DNA of 24,000 nt from contig JBOHLS010000016.1 of NCBI GenBank assembly GCA_050729835.1, positions 35,285 to 59,284 of the forward strand. Direction: 5' to 3'. The position numbers and the translations under genes were made by a program. This DNA is from Stellaceae bacterium (GTDB taxonomy: Bacteria; Pseudomonadota; Alphaproteobacteria; ATCC43930; CGMCC-115725). Below, piece after piece: positions 17,306 through 24,000 of this stretch; positions within the stretch are counted from its first letter, which is position 1; every line of letters begins with the position of its first letter. Under the pieces are notes generated by a model. That model was not told where the DNA came from. It worked only from the letters and a program-made list of their open reading frames with translations, and ran no database searches.

Positions 17306-18610
17306 ATGTCACAGGCCTCAATGACGACGCGAGGGTCCTTCACATCGACGCGATGGACCCAGCTCATTCTCGGCATCATTTGCATGTCGTCCGTCGCCAA
17401 CTTGCAATATGCGTGGACGCTGTTCGTTCTGCCGATCACGAAGCAGTTCGGATGGTCCAAGGCCGAGATCCAGGTCGCCTTCACGATCTTCATTCTCTGC
17501 GAAACCTGGCTGGTGCCCATCGAGGGCTGGATCGTCGACCGCATCGGGCCGCGCTGGATGATTCTGGCCGGCGGCATCGGCACCTTCCTCGCGTGGGCCA
17601 TCGATTCCCAAGCGACCCAGCTGTGGGAGTTCTATGTCGGCGGCGCCTTGGCCGGCTTCGCCGGCGGCGCGGTGTACGGCACCTCGGTTGGCAACGCGCT
17701 CAAGTGGTTCCCCGATAAGCGCGGCCTGTGCGGCGGCTTGACCGCGGCGGGCTTCGGCGCTGGCGTGGCGATAACCGTCGCGCCAATCCGGGCGATGATA
17801 GAATCCAGCGGCTTTGCGCACACCTTCCTGGTGTTCGCGATCATCCTAGGCGCAATCGTCGTCATCTGCTCGCAGTTCATCCGCGCGCCGCGCGCGGAGG
17901 AAATGCCGCCGATGGATAAGATCAAGACACGCCAGGGCGTCGAGGATCAGCCGCCGCAAAAGGCACTGAAGTCGCCGATCTTCTGGACCATGTACGCCAT
18001 GTTCTTCCTGGTCGCGGCGGGCGGCCTCATGTCGGCGGCGCAGCTATCGCCGATCGCGCATGAACGCGGTATCTCCAGTACCACCGTGACGTTCCTGGGC
18101 ATCACCGGACCGGCGATCGTCATCGCGCTCAGCATGCACAGCATCACCAACGGCATCGGACGGCCGCTCAACGGCTGGATTTCCGACCATATCGGCCGCG
18201 CCAACATGATGTGCATCGCCTTCGGCATTGAGGCGGTTTGCCTCGCGGCGTTTGGATTCTTCGGCACGTCGCCGATCGCGTTCATCATCACCGACGCGCT
18301 GGTGTTCCTGTTCTGGGGCGACATCTTCAGCCTGTTCGCGGCGACCGTGGGCGACGCCTTCGGCCGCAAGTACGTGACCGTGAACTACGGCCTGATGTAC
18401 ACCGCCAAGGGCGTGGCCTCGCTGTTCGTGCCGCTGGGCAACGTGCTGACGCACGCCACCGGCAACTGGCACGCCGTCTATACGGTCGGCTGCTGCATGA
18501 ACATCGTGGCCGTGCTGCTGGGCTTCTTCATCCTGCGCCCGGTCATCAATAACCGGCTCAAACAGGCCGGTGAGCTGGCCGGTGCGCCGGCTGCGGCGCG
18601 GGCTCGTTAG
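17306..18610 (+). CDS. oxlT: Oxalate/formate antiporter, MFS OFA family
   Basis: 434 aa, 12-TM-like. RWTQLILGIICMSSVANLQYAWTLF and NALKWFPDKRGLCGGLTAAGFGAG parallel O. formigenes OxlT (..RWFPDKRGLASGFTAAGYGLG..) as I recall it. RBS gggagggagga. Divergent from oxc. Confidence 0.85.
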   Translation: MSQASMTTRGSFTSTRWTQLILGIICMSSVANLQYAWTLFVLPITKQFGWSKAEIQVAFTIFILCETWLVPIEGWIVDRIGPRWMILAGGIGTFLAWAIDSQATQLWEFYVGGALAGFAGGAVYGTSVGNALKWFPDKRGLCGGLTAAGFGAGVAITVAPIRAMIESSGFAHTFLVFAIILGAIVVICSQFIRAPRAEEMPPMDKIKTRQGVEDQPPQKALKSPIFWTMYAMFFLVAAGGLMSAAQLSPIAHERGISSTTVTFLGITGPAIVIALSMHSITNGIGRPLNGWISDHIGRANMMCIAFGIEAVCLAAFGFFGTSPIAFIITDALVFLFWGDIFSLFAATVGDAFGRKYVTVNYGLMYTAKGVASLFVPLGNVLTHATGNWHAVYTVGCCMNIVAVLLGFFILRPVINNRLKQAGELAGAPAAARAR

Positions 18611-18667
18611 GCCCGGCGTCGTCGAACGACAAACGGAGGAGGGAAGCGGAATTCGGATAGGGTGACG

Positions 18668-18710
18668 GGGGGAGAGAACTAGGCCGCTGGCCGCGGCCAA
18701 CCCCCTTTTT
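18668..18710 (+). terminator. Rho-independent terminator downstream of oxlT
   Basis: Upper stem ggccgc (18682-18687) / tggcc / gcggcc (18693-18698). Possible lower stem ggggg (18668-18672) / ccccc (18701-18705). Directly followed by ttttt (18706-18710). Confidence 0.55.
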
Positions 18711-18809
18711 CTCGCCTCGCTATCCGATGGAATCCCGCCTCTCTCTCCGTCCCGTTCTCCGGCCGGTTGCCGGAAACGGGCCATCGGCAGACGGAGGTCG
18801 GTCGCCGGG

Positions 18810-19004
18810 ATGGCCGGTTCGATTCAATCGTTGCTGATCGTCGGACTGGTTTCAGCCGGTGGCCTCGCCATCCGGCTGTTGTCGCTTTTCGGGCCGGTGC
18901 CCGTCGCCTGGGCGATCACCATTGCGGTGGGGGTCGTCACCTTTGCCGCCGCATCGGTTCTGCTCGGGATCGGCCTCGCCGTTGCGCTGCTCGGGCTGAT
19001 CTAG
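18810..19004 (+). CDS. Hypothetical 64-aa two-TM membrane peptide
   Basis: MAGSIQSLLIVGLVSAGGLAIRLLSLFGPVPVAWAITIAVGVVTFAAASVLLGIGLAVALLGLI has two hydrophobic helices. GC-rich third positions fit the host bias. ggagg lies 12 nt upstream of the ATG, which is rather far. No family recognised. Confidence 0.4.
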   Translation: MAGSIQSLLIVGLVSAGGLAIRLLSLFGPVPVAWAITIAVGVVTFAAASVLLGIGLAVALLGLI

Positions 19005-19085
19005 CGCCGGCGCTGTTCGCCACGGTAGACAGCCGTTCGCCGCCGCCGATCGCTTCTCGCTCCGATGCGTGCCGGCTTCGCCGTT

Positions 19086-20945
19086 TCAGTCGGCGGCGGA
19101 TTGCGACTCGGCGGTGCGCGACCGCGTGCGGAGATGAATCAGGGTGTCGCGCTGGCGCTCCTGCTGTACCACATGCGCGCGCACCTGGAGCAAGTCGCGG
19201 CGCGCGACCAGACCGACCACGACCTCGTCGTCGCGCCGCAGAACCGGGACGCGGCCGGTATCGGCGGCTGCCATTCGATCCGCCAGCTCGCCGACCAGTT
19301 CGTCCTCGTAGCCGGTGACCAAGTCGCGTTCCGCCATCAGATCGCGCAGCGCGTAGCCGGCGGGCCAGCCTTCCATCGTCCAGCGCAAGGCGTCGGAGCG
19401 CGCGACCATGCCGACGAGGCGGCCGTCGGCATCGACCACCGGATAGCTCTTGTGGCGCGACGACGCCTCGGGCCCGGTGAAGAACGCGATGGCGTCACCA
19501 ACGGGTATGTCGGCCGCAAGCGTGTCGACCGGCGCCGCCATGATGTCGCCCACGCGCATGGTTTCGAACGGATCGACGACATACTCCCGCATCACGTGGT
19601 GGCCGCGGCGCGCCACCTTTTCGGTGAGGATCGAGCGCCGGAGCAGCAGCACGGTCGTCGCGTGCGCCGCGATGCAGGCGATCGAGAGCGGCAGCATCGC
19701 GCCGAGGTTGTGGGTCAATTCGACGGCGAAGACGATGGCGGTGAGCGGTGAGCGCATCGTCCCGCCCATCATCGAGGCCATACCGAGCAGTGCCCACAAG
19801 CCGATCTCGCCGACGGGCATCGCGCTGCCGAACAGCGCGCCGAGCGCGCCGCCCATGATGAGCAACGGCGCAAGCACGCCACCGGTGGTTCCCGAGCCGA
19901 GCGCGATCGACCAGATGATCGCCTTGATGACCAACAGGCGCACCGCTGGCAGCGCGCTCATGTCGCCGTGCAGCAGCGCGGCGATGTTGTCGTAGCCGAC
20001 GCCCAGTGCGTGCGGCTCGATCAGGCCGCCGAGGCCGATGACCGCGCCGCCCAGCATCGGCCACCACATCCAGTGAATCGGCAGCCGGCGGAACAAATCC
20101 TCGCTGGCATAGACCATCTGGGTGAGCAGGCCGGAGGCGAGGCCGGCGATGATGCCGAGCGCGCCGGCCAACAACAGGCCGACCACTGGCAGCGCGGGGC
20201 TCGTCGCCATCGGGAACAGCACGTCCGAGCCCATCAGCAAGGGGCGCCAGGCCTCGGCCACGATCGCGGCGACCGCGACCGGAATGAAGCTGCGCGGTTT
20301 CCACTCGAACAGCAGCAGTTCGACGGCCAGCAGCATCGCCGCGATCGGCGTGCCGAAGGTGGCGCTCATGCCGGCGGTGGCGCCCGCCACCAGCAGCGTC
20401 TTGCGTTCGGCATTCGACAGCGAAAAGAACTGGCCGAACAGCGATCCAAACGCGCCGCCGGTCATGATGATCGGGCCCTCGGCGCCGAACGGACCGCCAG
20501 TGCCGATCGAGATCGCCGACGACAGCGGCTTGAGCATGGCGACCTTGGGCTCGATCCGGCTGTTGCCGATGAGGATGGCTTCCATCGCCTCGGGAATGCC
20601 ATGACCGCGGATTTTCTCCGAGCCGAAACGCGCCATCAGGCCGACGACGAAGCAGCCTGCGACCGGGATGAGCACGGAGATCGGGCCCAGCACGGTGCCG
20701 ACGATCGAGGCGGGCGCGTCGCTGAACTGGCTGTGATAGGCCAGGTTGGTCACCAGATAAATGAGACGGAGCAGGACGGCGGCGGCGATCGCGCCGGCGG
20801 TGCCGACGACGAACGCCATCGCCACCAGGATCAAAAGCCGGCGATCGGTGGTGAAATCGCGCAACCGGTCGGTGGCGATTTCGGTGATGCTGCTCGAGGC
20901 TCGATGGGGTCGCGACGGACGGTTCGGCGGAGTGCTGTTGTGCAT
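19086..20945 (-). CDS. CLC-family voltage-gated anion channel / H+-coupled exchanger with C-terminal CBS pair
   Basis: GSEKIRGHGIPEAMEAI (GxGIP motif with His), GTGGPFGAEGPIIMTG (GxEGP with the gating Glu), GTTGGVLAPLL (GxFxP-like). C-terminal CBS pair (VGDIMAAPVDTL...YPVVDADGRLVGMVARSDAL...VPVLRRDDEVVVGLVARRDLL). ATG at 20945 is preferred because a perfect minus-strand TATAAT at 20993-20988 lies downstream of the alternative TTG at 20999. Confidence 0.85.
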   Translation of the reverse strand: MHNSTPPNRPSRPHRASSSITEIATDRLRDFTTDRRLLILVAMAFVVGTAGAIAAAVLLRLIYLVTNLAYHSQFSDAPASIVGTVLGPISVLIPVAGCFVVGLMARFGSEKIRGHGIPEAMEAILIGNSRIEPKVAMLKPLSSAISIGTGGPFGAEGPIIMTGGAFGSLFGQFFSLSNAERKTLLVAGATAGMSATFGTPIAAMLLAVELLLFEWKPRSFIPVAVAAIVAEAWRPLLMGSDVLFPMATSPALPVVGLLLAGALGIIAGLASGLLTQMVYASEDLFRRLPIHWMWWPMLGGAVIGLGGLIEPHALGVGYDNIAALLHGDMSALPAVRLLVIKAIIWSIALGSGTTGGVLAPLLIMGGALGALFGSAMPVGEIGLWALLGMASMMGGTMRSPLTAIVFAVELTHNLGAMLPLSIACIAAHATTVLLLRRSILTEKVARRGHHVMREYVVDPFETMRVGDIMAAPVDTLAADIPVGDAIAFFTGPEASSRHKSYPVVDADGRLVGMVARSDALRWTMEGWPAGYALRDLMAERDLVTGYEDELVGELADRMAAADTGRVPVLRRDDEVVVGLVARRDLLQVRAHVVQQERQRDTLIHLRTRSRTAESQSAAD

Positions 20946-20987
20946 CTGCGAGGGGCTGTGGGGGAAATGATGCTGTGAGCGGCGCGA

Positions 20988-20993
20988 ATTATA
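20988..20993 (-). promoter_or_regulatory. Perfect TATAAT -10 box (minus strand) in the AT-rich CLC/marR divergent region
   Basis: Plus strand attata at 20988-20993 reads TATAAT on the minus strand, 43 nt upstream of the ATG at 20945. The surrounding sequence gcgatatgtatatagcatc is the AT-richest patch of the locus. Confidence 0.35.
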
Positions 20994-21059
20994 CCGCAAT
21001 GCGATATGTATATAGCATCAAGCTTCGCCTTGTGAATTGCGGCCGGATGCCGCGCCGCG

Positions 21060-21552
21060 ATGGGCAAGATGGTTAAAATGACGGACAAGGCGCGCCGCCT
21101 GACACGCACGGACTACCTGCGACTCGCGGAATTTCGCCATATTTTGCGCCGTTTTCTGGTCTTCAGCGGACGCGCGGCCGAGCATGCCGGCCTGATCGCG
21201 CAGCAGCACCAGGCGCTGCTGGCGATCAAGGGGTATCCCGGTCCCGGTGGCCACCATCGGCGATCTGGCAACCCGACTCGCCATCCGTCACCACAGCGCG
21301 GTTAGACTCGTCGACCGGTTGGTCGCCAAGGCGCTGGTCAGGCGCCGGCCCGCGACGGTGGATCGTCGCCAAATCCGGCTTGAGCTCACGCCCCGGGCCG
21401 AAACCCTGCTGGCGCGGCTGTCGGTGGCACATCGCGACGAGCTCGAACGGCTGGCGCCGTTGCCGAGTGCCTTGTTGGACGCATTCGGCCGCCCGCGGGA
21501 GCTCCGCGGCCAGCAAATCCGCCGCTTTCGCCGCCGCCATGCAGTTAGTTGA
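21060..21552 (+). pseudogene. MarR-family transcriptional regulator, split by a +1 frameshift near 21240-21250
   Basis: The N-terminal part (ORF 21060..21305) reads LTRTDYLRLAEFRHILRRFLVFSGRAAEHAGLIAQQHQALLAIKGYPGPG. The winged-helix continuation ATIGDLATRLAIRHHSAVRLVDRLVAKALVRRRPATVDRRQIRLELTPRAETLLARLSVAHRDELERL is in the next frame (ORF 21247..21552). Removing one G from cccggtgg restores GYPGPVATIGDLA. Confidence 0.65.
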
Positions 21553-21566
21553 CTATAGCTAACTAA
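21545..21566. promoter_or_regulatory. Second copy of the TTAGTT-N10-AACTAA palindrome (TTAGTTGACTATAGCTAACTAA), overlapping the marR stop codon
   Basis: Same 22-bp length and the same outer hexamers as the site at 17201-17222. 9 of 11 positions are self-complementary. Contains TTGACT (21549-21554), with CTAAGA 16 nt downstream. Confidence 0.45.
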
Positions 21567-21608
21567 TGGCCTAAGAACCCATTCGTGTGGTGAATACGCC
21601 AGCTCCCT

Positions 21609-21637
21609 GAACCCCGCTTCGGCGGGGTTCTTTTTTT
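21609..21637 (+). terminator. Strong Rho-independent terminator (plus strand)
   Basis: gaaccccgc (21609-21617) / ttcg / gcggggttc (21622-21630) followed by ttttttt (21631-21637). The minus-strand reading has no following U-tract, so it serves the plus-strand transcript(s). Confidence 0.8.
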
Positions 21638-21676
21638 CCGGCTTACCGACGTGAGGTGTGCGACGGACGGTGCGGA

Positions 21677-22975
21677 TCACGCCTTGCCGAAGACGCGCCG
21701 GAAGATCGTGTCGACGTGCTTGACGTGATAGGCGTGGTCGAAATGCTTGGCCAGCGCCGCCGGCTTGATGTGGCGTGACACCTCGGCATCGGCCTTGAGC
21801 AGTTCGGCGAAGGCACCCTTACCGCGCCACGCCGCCATGGCGTTGCGCTGCACCGCCTGATAGGCCGATTCGCGGCTCATGCCGGCCTGGGTCAGCGCCA
21901 GCAACACGCGCTGCGAGTTCACCAGCCCGCCGAGGCTGTCGAGGTTCTCGCGCATGCGTTCGGGATAGACCATCATCTTGTCGACGATCTCGGCCATGCG
22001 CGCCAGCGCGAAATCGAGCGCGATGGTGGCGTCGGGCGCGATCACGCGCTCGACCGCCGAATGCGAGATGTCGCGTTCGTGCCACAGCGCCACGTCCTCG
22101 AGCGCCGGCGTCACCGCGCCGCGGATCAGGCGCGCCAGGCCGGTGACGTTCTCCGACAATACCGGATTGCGCTTGTGTGGCATGGCGCTCGAGCCCTTCT
22201 GGCCAGGCGCGAAATATTCCTCGGCTTCGCGCACCTCGGTGCGCTGCAAGTGGCGAATCTCGAGCGCCAGGTTCTCGAGCGAACCGGCGATCACGCCGAG
22301 CGTCGCGAAGAACATGGCGTGCCGGTCGCGTGGCACGATCTGGGTCGAGACCGGCTCGGGGGCAAGGCCGAGATTCTTGGCGACGTATTCCTCGACTTCG
22401 GGCGCGACGTTGGCGAAGGTGCCGACCGCGCCCGAGATCTTGCAGGTGGCGATCTCGGCGCGCGCCCGAATCAGCCGCTCGCGGCCGCGCGCGAATTGCG
22501 CGAAATGGCCGGCGAGCTTGAGACCGAAGGTCGTCGGCTCGGCATGTATGCCGTGGCTGCGGCCGATGCACAGCGTCTTCTTGAATTTGAAGGCGCGGCG
22601 CTCGAGCGCCGCCAGCAGGCGATCGAGATCGGCGATCAGGATGTCGGACGCCTGGGTCAGCTGCACCGCAAGGCAGGTATCGAGCACGTCGGATGAGGTC
22701 ATGCCCTGGTGGATAAAACGCGCCTCGGGCCCGACATGCTCGGCGAGGTTGGTCAAGAAGGCGATGACGTCGTGCTTGGTCTCGCGCTCGATCGCGTCGA
22801 TGCGCGCGATCTCGAACTTGCCCTTGTCGCGCAGGGCCTTAGCGGCCGATTTCGGCACCGTGCCCTGTTTGGCCATGGCGTCGAGGGCATGCGCCTCGAT
22901 CTCCAACCAAATGCGGAAACGGTTCTCCGGCGCCCAGATGGCGCTCATTCCCTTTCGGCTGTAGCGGGGAATCAT
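21677..22975 (-). CDS. purB: Adenylosuccinate lyase
   Basis: 432 aa from the ATG at 22975 (RBS gggaga): MIPRYSRKGMSAIWAPENRFRIWLEIEAHALDA..., the fumarate-lyase signature GSSAMPHKRNP, and TSSDVLDT. Confidence 0.95.
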   Translation of the reverse strand: MIPRYSRKGMSAIWAPENRFRIWLEIEAHALDAMAKQGTVPKSAAKALRDKGKFEIARIDAIERETKHDVIAFLTNLAEHVGPEARFIHQGMTSSDVLDTCLAVQLTQASDILIADLDRLLAALERRAFKFKKTLCIGRSHGIHAEPTTFGLKLAGHFAQFARGRERLIRARAEIATCKISGAVGTFANVAPEVEEYVAKNLGLAPEPVSTQIVPRDRHAMFFATLGVIAGSLENLALEIRHLQRTEVREAEEYFAPGQKGSSAMPHKRNPVLSENVTGLARLIRGAVTPALEDVALWHERDISHSAVERVIAPDATIALDFALARMAEIVDKMMVYPERMRENLDSLGGLVNSQRVLLALTQAGMSRESAYQAVQRNAMAAWRGKGAFAELLKADAEVSRHIKPAALAKHFDHAYHVKHVDTIFRRVFGKA

Positions 22976-23164
22976 TGGTTTGGTTCTCCCGGCACGCGAT
23001 ACCATGCCGGCAACACCGGGTAAACCTTACCGTTACATCGAGGCCCCGGCGCATAAAAAAGGTCCGGCACGCGTGAGCGAGAGCTGGCTCGGGGAATCTG
23101 GACAGTGGGATAAGTAGAGTTTCTGCCTGACCACAGCCAGGATGGCCTGCGATCAGGAGGGACG

Positions 23165-23470
23165 ATGAGCAGACGGGCACGGCGGAACCACACACCGGCA
23201 TTCAAGGCGAGAGTGGCGTTGGCGGCGGTGAAGGGCGATCTGACGCTGACGGACCTGGCGCAGCAGTTTGATGTCCATCTGAACCAGATCACGCAATGGA
23301 AGGCGCAGCTTCTGGACGGTGCGGCCGGGGTGTTCGACGGGCGGTCTGGGCGTTGCGCGCTGGCGGTCGATGTGAAGGCGCTGCATGCGAAGCTCGGAGA
23401 GCTGACGCTGGAGAACGATTTTTTGGAAGGTGCGCTCGGCAAAGCGGGCGTGCTGAGCGCAAAGCGATGA
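23165..23470 (+). CDS. IS3-family transposase OrfA (HTH)
   Basis: MSRRARRNHTPAFKARVALAAVKGDLTLTDLAQQFDVHLNQITQWKAQLLDGAAGVF...LHAKLGELTLENDFLEGALGK is a typical IS407-group OrfA with a leucine-zipper tail. RBS aggaggg. Confidence 0.9.
   Translation: MSRRARRNHTPAFKARVALAAVKGDLTLTDLAQQFDVHLNQITQWKAQLLDGAAGVFDGRSGRCALAVDVKALHAKLGELTLENDFLEGALGKAGVLSAKR
23419..23425 (+). promoter_or_regulatory. Programmed -1 ribosomal frameshift heptamer T TTT TTG
   Basis: In the orfA frame the codons are gaT TTT TTG (X XXY YYZ). The -1 frame is open from 23296 onward and runs into orfB. Confidence 0.55.
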
Positions 23471-24000
23471 TCGACCGGTCGCATGCTCTGCCGGTCGCCA
23501 AACAGGCGGCAGCGCTGAGCATCAGCCGGGGCAGCGTCTATTATCTGCCCCGACCGGTCTCGGTGTCCGATCTCGCCATCATGCGCCGCATCGACGAGTT
23601 GGATATCGACTTCCCGTTTGCGGGCAGCCGAATGCTGCGCGACCTGCTGGCTGCCGCGGGCTTCAGCGTCGGGCGTCTGCACGTGGCGACGCTGATGAAG
23701 CACATGGGGATCGAGGCGCTTTATCGCCGGCCGAGCACGTCCAAACCCGCACCAGGGCATAAGACTTACCCGTATCGACTGCGCAAGCTGGCGATCACGC
23801 GGCCCGACCAGGTATGGGCCATGGACATCACCTACATCCCGATGGCGCGCGGCTTCGTCAATCTCGCGGCGGTTGTTGACTGGTTCAGCCGCCGGGTCCT
23901 GGCGTGGCGGCTGTCGATCACACGATGGAAGCAGCGTTCTGCGTCGAGGCGCTGGAAGAAGTTCTGGCGCGCTACGGCACGCCGGAGATCTGTAAAGTAG
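23467..24000 (+). pseudogene. IS3-family transposase OrfB (DDE integrase core), 3'-partial, with an internal frameshift near 23920-23925
   Basis: MIDRSHALPVAKQAAALSISRGSVYYLPRP...MRRIDELDIDFPFAGSRMLRDLL...PAPGHKTYPYRLRKLAITRPDQVWAMDITYIPMARGFVNLAAVVDWFSRRVLAWRLSIT. The expected continuation MEAAFCVEALEEVLARYGTPEI is then in another frame (from the ATG at 23925). The ATG at 23467 overlaps the orfA stop (ATGA). Confidence 0.75.

Larger units (their letters stand above)
23099..24000 (+). mobile_element. IS3-family (IS407-group-like) insertion sequence, right part outside the window; left boundary tentative
   Basis: orfA and orfB in the 0/-1 frame arrangement typical of IS3. The TG dinucleotide at 23099, 66 nt upstream of orfA, is a candidate left terminus, but this is not verifiable without the right end. 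Confidence 0.7.

Noticed and set aside
18646-18760. Interleaved complementarity around the oxlT terminator, suggesting a pseudoknot. The pairs are gcggaattcggatag with ctatccgatggaatcccgc, and a GA-rich tract with a CT-rich tract
   Set aside because: The GGGGG tract is better explained as the lower stem of the terminator, pairing with the CCCCC before the T-run. The GA/CT tracts are low complexity. The remaining 14-bp interrupted pairing may be chance, and I have no comparative support.
20995-21059. Looked for the TTAGTT-N10-AACTAA operator or another clear palindrome in the CLC/marR divergent promoter, where MarR autoregulation sites usually lie
   Set aside because: Only an AT-rich patch (gcgatatgtatatagcatc) with short ATAT..ATAT symmetry is present, with no convincing dyad. 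I therefore make no autoregulation claim.
22989-23073. 10-bp direct repeat ccggcacgcg (22989-22998 and 23064-23073) upstream of purB, considered as possible IS target duplication or operator
   Set aside because: It is too long and too far from the candidate IS end (23099) for an IS3-type 3-4 bp target duplication. A GC-rich 10-mer repeated once in GC-rich DNA is weak evidence.

Overview
High-GC chromosomal segment that looks alphaproteobacterial (Rhizobiales/Bradyrhizobiaceae-like, judged from gene content and a characteristic intergenic palindromic repeat). All identifications come from reading the supplied translations and recalling family motifs; nothing was searched. Most of the window is conserved housekeeping. 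On the minus strand there is a purine-biosynthesis block, purL-purQ-(HemD-family gene)-purS-purC, with bolA-like/grxD downstream of purL, an NRDE-family gene and DUF1476 next to purC, and purB further right. The left third carries a frameshifted SDR epimerase fragment, a DUF21-CBS-CorC protein, a DUF202 protein, a Leu/Ile/Val-type ABC substrate-binding protein, a Rieske ferredoxin plus PdxA-family dehydrogenase pair, a small conserved hypothetical, cspA, a ygiD-like extradiol dioxygenase, two fused gene remnants (peroxiredoxin-like and DoxX) and a secreted TPR protein. The most system-like part is a roughly 6.5 kb oxalate module (15.0-21.6 kb) lying between DUF1476 and purB. It holds oxalyl-CoA decarboxylase (oxc), a divergent oxalate/formate antiporter (OFA-family MFS), a 64-aa two-TM ORF, a CLC-CBS anion channel/exchanger with an unusual GHGIP filter motif, and a frameshifted MarR regulator. 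Two copies of a 22-bp AT-rich palindrome (TTAGTT-N10-AACTAA) bracket part of this module. An ORF below the 60-aa track cut-off (38 aa, 50% Arg/Lys) downstream of cspA has its own extended -10 promoter, a strong Shine-Dalgarno and a terminator-like hairpin. The right edge is an IS3-family (IS407-like) element with a TTTTTTG slippery site and an additional internal frameshift. I saw no CRISPR array, tRNA/rRNA gene, phage module or recognisable defence island. The novelty claims below are modest and hypothesis-level. Three apparent single-indel frameshifts in 24 kb raise the possibility of either gene decay or indel sequencing errors.
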